From Naegleria gruberi (lineage: Eukaryota), in the NCBI GenBank assembly GCA_000004985.1, contig GG738848.1: a DNA stretch of 64,000 nt; one strand, written 5' to 3'. Under the pieces are notes generated by a model, which did not search any database, was not told the DNA's origin, and worked only from the letters and a program-made list of their open reading frames with translations. Position 1 is the first letter of the stretch. Each line of letters starts with the position of its first letter. The position numbers were made by a program, and so were the translations under genes. Of this stretch, positions 53,533 to 64,000 are shown in pieces.

Positions 53533-53604
53533 GGGGACCAGTGGGAATCGAACCCACGGCCTCTCGCACCCAAAGCGAGAATCATACCACTAGACCATGG
53601 TCCC
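53533..53604 (-). tRNA. tRNA-Pro (UGG), copy B.
   Basis: Canonical TCTCGCTTTGGGTGCGAGA anticodon arm. Copy A has two C-to-T changes that convert pairs to G•U in that stem. Confidence 0.85.
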
Positions 53605-54018
53605 TTTCATTTAAATTTGAATTTTTGTTGCTATCCGTAGTTTGTGGTGTAACAGATTAATTCTTCTTACTATAGTATAATAGAAAGGAATGTTTCTTCC
53701 TCTAGCCATGATCTCTGACATTAACTGTCTTTCAGATCATAAGAGATGTTTTGTTGACTTGATTTTCTTGTTTTCATTATGAGTTTTTAAAGAAAAATTA
53801 CATTTTCAAATTGAATGGACAATTATTACAATAACACAACTGTAGATACTTCATTACTTAAACAGATCTGCCTGTTACCGAGGACATTAAAGTGCAACAT
53901 TTTCCTGCAAATACTGTGCGTTGTAAACTTTTCAAATTAATACGCACGGATCTTGTCCAACACTTATAAAAGGCAGTCTCAAATTCAATCTGTTTCATCC
54001 AACAATTAAACTCAAAAA

Positions 54019-55221
54019 ATGTCTCAACAAAACAATACTGAATCATCTGCTGCTACCACTGCTGCTACTCAACCAAGCGTTCCTGCCTATAATTTGTTAG
54101 GAAGTTCTGGATTGAGAGTATTCCCATTATGTTTGGGAACCATGGGTTTCGGCCAAAATCCAATTACCAAGACTTTTGTAAGTTTGAAGAGTTTCGAATA
54201 TTTTATTAACTTGAGCTTTGTAGGGTATTGGTGGAAGTGATGAAGAAAGTGAAAAGATTCTTCTCAAGTATTTGGAAATTGGAGGAAACTTTATTGATAC
54301 GTAAGTTGAACATTTTCTATTCGAAACTCATTGAAACATAGTGCCAACTTCTATGCTATCGGAAAGAGTGAAGAATTGATTGGTAATCTCATTAAGAAAC
54401 ACAATCTCAATCGTGATGAATTGATCATTGCCACCAAATTCTCACTTCCAATGACTCAACATGCCAACGGTGGTGGAAATCACAAGAAGAATTTAATTCA
54501 ATCACTCGATGCCTCCCTCAAGAGATTGCAATTGGATTATGTTGATTTATTCTATGTCCACTTTTGGGATTTCACCGTTGATGCCAAGCAATTAATCATT
54601 TGGTTAGACGAAATTGTTAAAAGTGGTAAAGTTTTGCATGTTGCTGTTAGTGATATGCCTGCTTATCAAGTTGCCATTGCTAATACATATGCTGAAGATC
54701 ATGGATTGACTAAATTTGTTGCCTATCAAGGAAGATATTCATTGGTTGATAGAGCTTTGGAACAGGAGATTATTCCAATGACTAAATCTTTGGATCTTGG
54801 AACTGTTCCTTGGGGAGTACTTGGTGCTGGTAAATTGACTGGAAAGAAATTGAGAAATCAAGAAGAAAAATCCGAAACTGAAAGAAAGTTTGTTGAAATG
54901 AGTCAAACAGATTATGATATTCAAGATGTTGTCATTGAAATTGCAAAGGAATTGAATAGAACTCCATCACAAGTTGCCATTAATTGGATGATTTCTCAAG
55001 GAGTGTCAAGTGTCTTGATTGGACCAAGAACTTTGGAACAATTTGAAGATAACATTAAGAGTTTGGAATTTAGATTAAATCAAGAACAATTGAAGAGATT
55101 GAATCAAGTTAGTGCAAACTCTCCTTCATTGATTTTCCCTTACAATTTCATTGGACAAGATACTCAATCGGCTAGTATGTTATACTTTAATGGAAACAAG
55201 TTCTCTATCAATAAAAAATAA
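54019..55221 (+). CDS. Aldo-keto reductase (paralogous family to the 12863 gene). Exons 54019..54177, 54224..54300 and 54342..55221, with introns of 46 and 41 nt.
   Basis: Spliced product: ...LCLGTMGFGQNPITKTF|GIGGSDEESEKILLKYLEIGGNFIDT|ANFYAIGKSEELIGN.... Both donors are GTAAGT, and the acceptors are TAG. Confidence 0.8.
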
Positions 55222-55669
55222 GGTGGATTCAATAATTTTATAACAAAGAGGCCATAAAATACAAATTTGTCACTTTCCTCTTCTAGATATGAAGATTTTT
55301 GTGTTTCGATTTTTTTGCATTTTCAAAAATGTGGATAACACAGATGCAGAGAAAGTTGTTTAACATTATGTTGAACAATGTTGATTTGTAATGATTTGTT
55401 ATCTGAATCTTATTATTTGGAGAATGGTTTTCTTTATTGGAATGTTATCTGATGAACAATTTGGGACGAAACATTATCTCTTCACAACTTGAAGAGTTTC
55501 CAACAACAAGTTTAAGAGAAAACCATTCCCATTAGATTCGACACTATCTACTCTTGGGTAATGAGTGTGTTTTTCATTGTTATTTTCATTATCTCTTGCG
55601 GTGTTTTACGTTTCGAATAAATAGTGGAATGAAAAGTGTGAATGTTTGAATCAATAACAAAAAAACAAA

Positions 55670-56855
55670 ATGAATAACAATTCAAACAAATCATTTTCTA
55701 CTAGAAGAAACTCTTCTACTTCTGTTCTCAGTTGTATTGTCTGTTTGGTATTATTCACCTTCATGATGACAATGGTTACTCCAGTTGAACTTTCCAAAGG
55801 AAACAATAAGAAACCAATGCCACCAAAGCACAATAACACTCATCCTGTTCATCCAACTCATCCAATTGCTAATCACACTCATGCCAACACTCCTGTCAAT
55901 GACAAATCTTTGATTGATAGAATTAATTCCAATCATACTCATGGATGGAAGGCAACTGAATACTCTAGATTTGATAACATGACCATTTCACAACTTAGAG
56001 ATAATCTATTTGGTCTTTCATTGATGAGCTCTGATGAAGACACTCCAAGAATGGCAAATATTGAAACAAGAGTTGATATACCAATGAATTTCGATGCAAG
56101 AACTCAATGGAAAGGATGCGTTCCAGCAATTAGAGACCAACAAACATGTGGTGCTTGTTGGGCTTTGTAAGTTTTACAATTTGATTTATTTCAACTTACA
56201 TTTTCATTTTTGTAATATTTATGATTTTAGCTCTGCAAATTATGTATTGGCTCATAGATTGTGCATTGCCACCAATGGTCAAACAAATGTTGTCCTCTCA
56301 CCAGAATATCAAGTTCAATGCGATACAATGAATAAGGCCTGTCAAGGAGGTTATTTGAAATATTCTTGGACATTTTTGGAAAATACTGGAACACCACTCG
56401 ATACTTGTATTCCGTATGCTAGTGGTGGAGGAACCTTCTCCTCTGGTACTTGCCCAACTCAATGCAAGATTGCATCCATGTCCATGAGCAAGTATAAGGC
56501 CAAAAACACTGTTTATATTTCAGGTATCAATAATATCAAGACTGCAATCATGACATATGGCAGCGTGCAAGCTGGTTTCACAGTCTACAGAGATCTCACA
56601 GGGTAAGTTGAATTTGTTTCATATATACTAATTTGTTTTTCTAGTTACAAGTCAGGTGTCTATAAACACCTTGTAAGCACAGTTCTTGGTGGACATGCTG
56701 TTGCCTTAATTGGATTTGGAGTTGAGGGAGGTTCTAATTATTGGTTAGCTGCCAATTCATGGGGTCCAAATTGGGGAATGTCTGGATATTTCAAAATTGC
56801 TCAAGGAGAAGGTGGAATTGAGAATCAAGTTTATGCTGGAGAACCTGTCTATTAA
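55670..56855 (+). CDS. Cathepsin B-like papain-family cysteine protease. Exons 55670..56166, 56231..56602 and 56645..56855, with introns of 64 and 42 nt.
   Basis: [26 protein letters not shown]|[16 protein letters not shown]..., then an occluding-loop region, then ...FTVYRDLTG|[10 protein letters not shown]...[37 protein letters not shown]. The catalytic Cys, His and Asn are all present. Confidence 0.85.
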
Positions 56856-56991
56856 TTTGAACAGTTCAAAACTCCAAACATTTGACAGATCTATCGATCT
56901 TTCAGAAACAGTTTATTCTAACAAAATTATGTTGGAATTGTAAATAACAAAATAAACATTTCCATTTTGTATTCCAAAGGAGCAAAATGTC

Positions 56992-57056
56992 TAGCAAATC
57001 TAGGTTTCGATCCTAGGACCTATGAGCCCATCGCGCTTCCGCTGCGCCAATTTGCT
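56992..57056 (-). pseudogene. Initiator tRNA-Met pseudogene: a third copy with a 7-nt deletion that removes the 3' half of the anticodon arm.
   Basis: Intact ...GACCTATGGGTTATGAGCCCATC... versus GACCTATGAGCCCATC here. About 10–15 bp of flank on each side is conserved with the other two copies. Confidence 0.7.
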
Positions 57057-57194
57057 TTGCATTTCTTAGACGCTTCTCTTCCTTAAGAAGTATATGTAGA
57101 AATTTACAATGCCAAAAAATTGTTATGAAAGACTATTACATGTTGTTAAAATTAATGCATTAAAATACTGTTTTGAAACCAATGAAATTCACTA

Positions 57195-57994
57195 CAAATT
57201 TGCACGGGTGGCCGACGCATATCCCTTTTGGCCTGAAATCAGCACTGGGAAAACGTGGGCCAAGTTGACTTCCAGAGAAATACATAGGTACATGATACCA
57301 TATTTTCACAGTATGAGTTATCATGCTAAAAAATAATTTTGGAAAACTTTTATTAATTTTTGTATTGTTTTTGACGAGTTATAAATAAATTCCCATTTTT
57401 AGAATTTTTTAAAATTTATTAATATGGTATTATCATAATGAATACAGAAATTCATCAAATAATATGAATCAATAATATAAATTGTGTATTAATGTACTTA
57501 AATTTCAATTTTCATTAATTCATTCCAACAAATAAAAGACTAGTTATAAAATAATAATAGGTGTCAATTGACAATCGCATTAATAGATCATACTTTATTT
57601 TAAATTGATGATATTTTAACATCACCTTATAGACATGGTATGTATAATATTTTATCATTTTAGTTGGTTGATATCAGATTATCAACAAGATAGAGCTCAA
57701 CAAAACATTTTCTCCAAAATATGTTAGTGTTTTCATAAGTAAATTAAAAAAACTGACGACAAAGGTTGCTAAATAGTGTTTAGAGAATTTTCACGTATAC
57801 GAACATGTATAACGTATTGTAATAAAAAACTAGATAGGGAAAAACATTTAATTCTAAGCTAAAATTTGAAAATACTTTTATTGACCAATATTTTTCATTT
57901 TCTAAAAATAATCAGCTTGTTTGCACAGTAATTTGGGTGGCCTGAAGGAGACTTCTAAAAAAAATCGCTGGAGTCGGCCACCCGTGCAAATTTG
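57195..57994. repeat. Perfect 22-bp inverted repeat pair (CAAATTTGCACGGGTGGCCGAC at 57195–57216 and GTCGGCCACCCGTGCAAATTTG at 57973–57994) bounding a 756-bp AT-rich non-coding segment. It is a candidate MITE-like element or TIR relic.
   Basis: Exact reverse-complement match with a GC-rich core, set in AT-rich DNA. The right copy lies about 60 bp from the 3' end of tRNA-His. The left copy lies about 140 bp from the iMet pseudogene. Confidence 0.5.
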
Positions 57995-58054
57995 AATCAT
58001 TAAGAAACATAAAATTGCATAGAACAGTATTTCTTTCAACAATCCAAAAAGATG

Positions 58055-58125
58055 TAGGAAGACAGGGAATCGAACCCTGATCTTAGGAACCACAATCCCA
58101 TGTTCTACCACTGAACTATCTCCCT
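58055..58125 (-). tRNA. tRNA-His (GUG).
   Basis: AGGGAGATAGTTCAGTGGTAGAAC..TTGTGGT..AGGGTTCGATTCCCTGT..CTTCCTA. The track ORF 57902..58111 overlaps this gene and is spurious. Confidence 0.8.
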
Positions 58126-58628
58126 TCTTGTTGATTTATATAAATTAATAATATTTCAAAATAGATTGTCGGTGAAGATGGTTAATTAAAAAAATAAAAA
58201 TTAATAAAAAAAATATGTAACGGCTAGTTCTTTTGTCCAATCGAACTCTACCAAGCGCTCGAATATTTTTTCACCAGCAAAATAACGCTCAACAAAAATG
58301 AAGAGAATCCCCTGCAGCTTATTTTTAAATTCTTTCGCAGCTGCCAAAAATCCAGTAAGTTCAAGAAGAAAAAAACAAGAAAATTGAAACTCTAAAGATT
58401 GGCTCAATTACATTACCAAGAAATTGTTTGCGTGCGAATAAGAGTTGGAAAAGGGTTGTAGAATTGAATCCGAGAGTGAATTATTCAATTTTACATCATC
58501 ACGAATTTTCATCTATTAATTGTCAAGAAATTAATAAGAAGAATAACATCATCGTTGGCATTAACAATCAACAAAGAGATTTTCATAGCACATCCACATC
58601 GTCATCATCATCAACTAATAACAACAAG

Positions 58629-59465
58629 ATGGAACAATCATCACATAATAGTTTACAAGCTGCCAATAGATTGGTTTGCTTTGTTGAGGGAAATATTGGA
58701 AGTGGTAAGAGTACAACTGTCAAGGAGTTACAACTCTTCAATGATAATAGTGTTTCTGAGCAACAGAAAACAGAAGAGTGGACTCTCCTCAGCAAGTACT
58801 ATGAAGGTGGTATGAAGAATGACCTCACTTTAAATTATGAACTTCAAAAACAAATTGCAAACACTTACTTTAAACATTATTTCAAGTATAGCTTCCTTCC
58901 TCATGGTGGTGTTGGTATTGGTGACTTGTTTGATGACAAGACATTACAATCCATGATGAAAAAACATGAAAAATACTTGAGAATTCACCCAAATACCAAG
59001 TTACCTGAAACCATCTCACTTCCTTCAACTAGCTCACAACCTACTCAACCATCTTCTAGTAATGTATATAATATCTTCTTTGAAGGCATCCTTTCCTCTA
59101 GTGGCGTATTTACTGTCATGGAATATAACAAGGGAATGATTAGAGAAGAAGATTATGTGGACTTGTGTAAAAATTATGATGCCCTTCAAAAAGGAGTAAC
59201 TGGTCATATGGCCTTTTATTTGAAACCAACCAATAATGTTGATGTTTGTTTGGAGAGAATCAAGGTCAGAAGAAGAGAATTCGAGAGTGTAATTGAAAAA
59301 CCATATTTGAAAACAATTGAAGAACATTATGACTGCTTTATGGACAAAGTGGCCACTAAGATTCCAGTATTTGTCATTGACAATTCAACGATGGATGCTA
59401 AGGAAACTGCTGCACTAATTTTGGATGTACTCAGTGCTGTCAGAAAAGATATTAAATACATGTAA
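58629..59465 (+). CDS. Deoxynucleoside kinase family (dCK/dGK/TK2-like) protein.
   Basis: The P-loop VEGNIGSGKST is of dNK type. An ERS-like motif and a LID region follow. The first ATG is at 58629, and the upstream part of the track ORF begins with TTG. Confidence 0.65.
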   Translation: MEQSSHNSLQAANRLVCFVEGNIGSGKSTTVKELQLFNDNSVSEQQKTEEWTLLSKYYEGGMKNDLTLNYELQKQIANTYFKHYFKYSFLPHGGVGIGDLFDDKTLQSMMKKHEKYLRIHPNTKLPETISLPSTSSQPTQPSSSNVYNIFFEGILSSSGVFTVMEYNKGMIREEDYVDLCKNYDALQKGVTGHMAFYLKPTNNVDVCLERIKVRRREFESVIEKPYLKTIEEHYDCFMDKVATKIPVFVIDNSTMDAKETAALILDVLSAVRKDIKYM

Positions 59466-59576
59466 ATATTCTAACAATAATAAACTTATTTATTAAAATT
59501 CACTTAGTTGACTGGTTTAAACAAGAAGAAAATAATATCAATTCTTAATAAATAAAAAAGTTTAGTTAGGTTGATA

Positions 59577-61858
59577 CTACGAAGATAATCTGGCTATCAG
59601 CTCTGGTTTTATCTTGTTAACTTTGTTCTTGAATTCTTTGGTTTCACCATCCCTCAAAACGAAAATAATGTCCAATCCTCCATCAACGGTTTCTTCTGCT
59701 GTAATCAGGAATTTCACATCCTTCTTAGCATGCATACATCTCAAAACAAGGAATGGTTGGAGAAGAAGTGGTGAAGCATCAGTACTCAAAGCTTGAGTTG
59801 TTGACTTTTTGACACCTGTATCGATGGAAAGTTGAGGTTTCTTGGATGGTCTTGCTAAGCTGATATCTAAATTTGAGCAACTAGCAGAAGGTTTCAAAGG
59901 TTGGGTAGCTCTTGTTGGTTTGACATCTACTTTGCTTTCATCATCACTCTTGGCAGAAAGATCAGAATCAGATGACATTTCTCTTGACATTTCTTTTGAC
60001 ATTTCTCTAGACATTTCACTAACTGTAGCATTACCTGGATTAAATAATTGACTACTACTTGTAGGAAGTTTAATATCCTTCTTCTTGGATTCTACCTTGA
60101 AATGACAATCATACTGCTTGAGAATGTCAACAAGGATTCTTCCAATGATTTTGTGTAAGTTAGTAATGTGTCTATTCTTCTCGAAAAATTTATCCATTGT
60201 TAATCTATCCACCATTAATTGAGGTTGATATTGTGGACCCTTAGTCCATCTGTGTTCTCTAATTTGTTTCAAATTTGCTCTAGTCTTTGGATTTGGTTGA
60301 AGCATACCAAATATCAGTTCTTGGCATTCCATGGAAACTTCAACATCGTCTGGGTAGGTGTATCTCGAATTTTTAACGTCATCAAACATGCTATTCACAT
60401 CTGATGAACAGAATGGTAATTTGGAAGTAACGAAACAATAGAGAATAATACCAGCACTCCAAATATCAATCTTTTCACCTGAATAGACTTTTCCTTCAAT
60501 TTGTTCAGGAGAAAGATGATATAAACTACCAACTAGCTGAGTTGAAAAGAGATCCCAACCCTTTTTGAAAATTCTTGCTTGTCCAAAATCTGTAATCTTT
60601 AAATGGCCTTCATTGTCAAGTAACAAGTTTTCTAAACGTAAATCTCTGTGACAAACTCCCATTTGGTGACAATAACTTAAACCATCAATCAATTGATCAA
60701 AGTAATATCTTGCAAGATTTTCATCAAATGGTTTGTCCTTAAGGTGTTCATAAAGAGATCCACCTCCACAAAGTTCAATAACAAGATAAACATAATCATC
60801 GTCTTCTAAAACTTCGTAGAGTTGGACAACATTCTTGTGTTTGAGCATTTGCATTGATTGGATTTCTACATCCAATCTTGACATGTCACTGACATTACCC
60901 TTCTTGATGATCTTAATAGCTCTCTTGTTGTTGTAATCGTCAACGTGGTGAGCATATCTTACTACACCATAACCTCCACGTCCAAGAACGTGTGTCATTT
61001 TCCAATCACCAATAATTTTGGCATCAGTGTTTTCAAGTCTCAAAGCTTCGTATTTTGTGATAATGATTTCTCCTAGTTTGGTGAATTCGTGTTGATTTAA
61101 ATAACCATGTCCTTCAATATCATACTCTTCCATTATTCTATCCACCAATTTCTTTAATTTTTGTGCTTCATCATGTGACTCAGTGGTTGGAGAGAGTACA
61201 TCAGCAGGATGTTCTTCATCACTATCAGTATCAAATAAAAGACATTCAAGGTCAATGCCATCCTTTTGAACAGCTCTAAGAATAACCTCTAATTCTTTTC
61301 TAGATATTCTTCCACTTAGAGTGCTGTCAGACTATTGGGAGCAATAAAACAATATAATAACAAAGTAAAGCAATAATATAGATTGGAAGAGTATTAACAA
61401 GATAAATAACAAGCTATAAAACATACCAACTTGAAAAGCCAATCCAAAAATCTCTTTCTTCCTTCTTTACAGAACATTTCCTTGTGGAGAGCTGGTAATA
61501 ATTCAAAGGTAACACGATCCTTTACAAGGTCTGACATGGTATCGTGAACTCTCTTACATGAAGCTGAAGTTGGAGATTTGGCTGGAGAAGAGAAAAACTT
61601 TACAGAAAACTTCTCAGCAGATGTTGGAGAGACACTACCAGAAGCGAGTGATGAAAGGGAATGTTGGGAATCAATGGAACGATGATGAGACTCGTGAGTG
61701 TCAAGTCCTTCAGAATGACTGTTTGATCTACCAAAGAGCTTGCTAATGATGGAAGCAACATCACTTGTTGCAGAGTGGTGAGCATCTTGATGATGTTTTT
61801 CCTTGTCTTCAGTTTCCTTTTCTACTTGTTGTTTGATACGTTGCACAAACTTGTCCAT
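59577..61858 (-). CDS. EF-hand-containing Ser/Thr protein kinase (CaMK/AMPK-related) with a C-terminal regulatory tail. Exons 61858..61427 and 61331..59577, with a 95-nt GTATGT..TAG intron. The N-terminus may extend through a further upstream exon.
   Basis: Exon 1 runs ...MDKFVQRIKQQ...KEGRKRFLDWLFKL. Exon 2 continues SDSTLSGRISRKELEVILRAVQKDGIDLE...DIEGHGYLNQHEF (EF-hand loops). The kinase region has GRGGYGVV, HRDLRLEN, DFG and SPE. An in-frame EF-loop-like FDLGKEGKLNYKEF precedes the first ATG, immediately after an AG. Confidence 0.7.
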
Positions 61859-63603
61859 TTCTGCAAATTCCTTGTAATTCAATTTTCCTTCCTTTCCCAA
61901 GTCAAACTATTATTAATATTATTATAAATACAAATATTATTATTATGATAACATACATGATAAAGAGTAGTAAGAGAGGAGAATGGAGAAGTGATCTCAT
62001 CATTGGTGAGAAGCAACTCGGTCAAGCTTACTTTCCCAGATTTATCTAAATATTCCGAATATAATGATGATGATGATGAACTTATGAAATATGAAACATA
62101 CCCTTATCTAATTGTTCAAAAATCTTTTTTGCGTTACTATTGCCCATTCTCAATCTATTTAACTACTATAAATTGGTGGTTTTAATAATGTTTTTGATGA
62201 TGTTGTTAATTGCTAAAATTCTATTTTCTTCTTGCTCGTAATGATGACCATGCAATTATTAATATATAATTTAAATGGTACGGGCAAAAGTAATGATTAT
62301 TGCTTGTACTACTACTATTGTTGTTGATGTTCTTGCAAGAACCTAAAAAACTAAATATGATGCAGAGCAGCAGTATTTGCAAGTGTTGTAGTTGAGTGAT
62401 TCTTCTGTTGAATTAAAATACAGACAGACAACAGAGAGAATATAAATTCTGAAGATGATGATATAACAGCAAGCTGCTAATACCGCAATTGTGCCTTCTC
62501 TTCGTTCAAAAAGAAACGAGGTGAGAGTATGGTTAATTTTTTGCAGTCGAAAAATTGTCGCTGCTGAGAACCTTCTTTCATACAAGCTGTTGCCTTGAAG
62601 AGAGAATCTGCCAAATATCGTGAAAAGATGCTTCTTGGCTTGCGACTGTGCACTAGAGTTGGCAAATGTTATTATTAATAATATTGCAGTATCAACCCCT
62701 CAATAATGTATTTGTTGCTTTTGTACACCCTCTTCCGCACCTTCTGATCTAAATGGAAATGGTGTTGTTGCTGATGGATGTATTATTTCAAGTGTTATTA
62801 ATAAGAGGTCTTGTATTGTTTGGTAGTGTTGTGTTTGAACTCTGGATGTAATAGATGATAATAATAACAATGGAAGAGTGAATTATTCGATATCGAAATC
62901 AATTATTAGGTGACGACTGAGTAGGTGATGGGTTACTCAAAGGCTCGAATAGTTGAAATAACCAAGATTAATTATTACAATGAGAGAATGTGAACTGATT
63001 TTAAACTGATCAATTGTATATTTCGTAAATGTGATGCATTGAAATATATTATCAAATATCTTAATAATATCCTCAACAGTTGCTAGTAGAGAAGATATTT
63101 GAAGAGGAATATCTTGGATGTTTTTATTCCAATTAACTTATCAAAATCTCTCAAATTTTCGGTGATCAAAATCCAATTTTTATTACTGATTCTTATCGCC
63201 CGCTAAATTGTTTCTGTTAACGTCAGCTTGAGTCTTAACGTGGAGCCATTAATAATAAATAATGAAAATTTAATGCATTAATTGACTTCGAATGATTAAC
63301 GAGGCATCATTAAAAATCATTAACAAGAAATTAATGCCAGTCTCATGACTTGTAATTTTTTTGCATTTTTGATGGCGTACTAACATTTTCACATGATGAG
63401 AAGGTTTCCCATCAAGATCAGTATTCAAAATACCAAAACGGTAGAATATGAGCCGATTCAATGAACACAAGCAGATGACACTAAAATTGAAATATAAATG
63501 AAAGAAACTAATTGGGATTTAAGAAAATTAGCACAGCCTAAGGGAGAAAAATCAAAAGCAATAAATCTCAATCTAAATGAACAAACTCTTGTTAATATTT
63601 ATT

Positions 63604-64000
63604 TTAGAGATATTGAAAAGTGTTCTTGTGTACAGTTGTATAGATTTCCTTCTTTGGAAGTGATAGTTGTACACAAGGAAGGTATTTATCAATGTCCTTC
63701 CTTTCTACCACTAATAAAGTATCTGATTTTACACTTTTTAAAGTGATTGTGTTGTAATCTTCAGAGAAAGAGTCAATCTGAAACACTCTGCCCGATTTTA
63801 TGTTGGTAATAAAATCTCTTTTTTTGGAAATAACATAATTTCCAAATATGCACTGTCCTTTGCTAAGATCTTCTCCTAAATCCAAAATATCACAAAGTTG
63901 GCACATATCAAAGTACATGATTGAATACCTTGCAGAGTTTGAGCATACGTAGGTTTTGGAAAGAGTGAAATTAAGCCCTTCACCAATGAATGCTGAATTG
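63604..64000 (-). CDS. 3' part of a gene whose 5' end lies beyond the window. It may include a cyclic-nucleotide-binding-like segment.
   Basis: Open frame to the window edge (...SAFIGEGLNFTLSK...IFGNYVISKKRDFITNIKSGRVFQID...). The domain call is weak. Confidence 0.3.
   Translation of the reverse strand, partial: NSAFIGEGLNFTLSKTYVCSNSARYSIMYFDMCQLCDILDLGEDLSKGQCIFGNYVISKKRDFITNIKSGRVFQIDSFSEDYNTITLKSVKSDTLLVVERKDIDKYLPCVQLSLPKKEIYTTVHKNTFQYL

Noticed and set aside
57109-58111. Small track ORFs at 57109..57336(+) and 57902..58111(-)
   Set aside because: They overlap the 22-bp inverted repeats and the tRNA-His gene respectively. They have no start context or domain and are probably non-coding.
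61901-62700. Additional upstream exon for the EF-hand kinase
   Set aside because: An in-frame EF-loop-like FDLGKEGKLNYKEF follows an AG at about 61903. That suggests an acceptor, but I could not find a convincing upstream donor or exon on the minus strand, so I did not annotate one.
1-64000. Prokaryotic-style defence or CRISPR system
   Set aside because: The window is plainly eukaryotic: spliceosomal introns, U2 snRNA, cytosolic ribosomal proteins, Pol III tRNA genes with eukaryotic features. No direct-repeat/spacer array or cas-like ORFs are present.

Overview
Eukaryotic nuclear DNA, AT-rich (about one-third GC). Genes use ATG starts in an A-rich context and TAA stops. Introns are very short, 41–95 nt for most, with GTAAGT/GTATGT donors and AG acceptors. 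Pol III genes (tRNAs, 5S) and a U2 snRNA are interspersed. A non-LTR retroelement fragment sits about 40 bp downstream of a tRNA gene. Together with the gene content (hybrid histidine kinase, PBZ-type PARPs, G-alpha, RGS), this points to a dictyostelid-type amoebozoan; that attribution is inference only. The ORF track accepts TTG starts, so I re-derived true ATG starts and exon junctions by hand. Coordinates near 13500 may be off by 1. About 40 protein-coding genes are supportable. RNA genes are tRNA-Met(e) ×2, tRNA-Pro ×2, tRNA-iMet ×2 plus one deletion pseudogene, tRNA-Leu(CAA), tRNA-Val(AAC), tRNA-Arg(UCU), tRNA-Gly(GCC), tRNA-His(GUG), 5S rRNA (one intact, one internally deleted copy) and U2 snRNA ×2. 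Main observations, in order of interest. (1) A roughly 660-nt 'intron' in an ankyrin–kinase–PARP gene is built from 13 tandem units, each with the form TAG|NNN|GTAAGT at normal mini-intron spacing of about 47 nt. It reads as a chain of 3-nt microexons or recursive splice sites. (2) A 2.2-kb inverted repeat carries tRNA-Pro, tRNA-iMet, a GST gene, 5S and U2, and its two arms flank a 29-kb gene-dense segment. (3) Several domain architectures are unusual: ankyrin plus kinase plus tankyrase-like PARP; a head-to-head pair of PBZ-PARP paralogs; an AlkB-like dioxygenase fused to a chromodomain; an RGS–START fusion; a divergent RPL12 paralog; and degenerate G-alpha-like and Arf-like proteins. No prokaryotic-style defence system is present.
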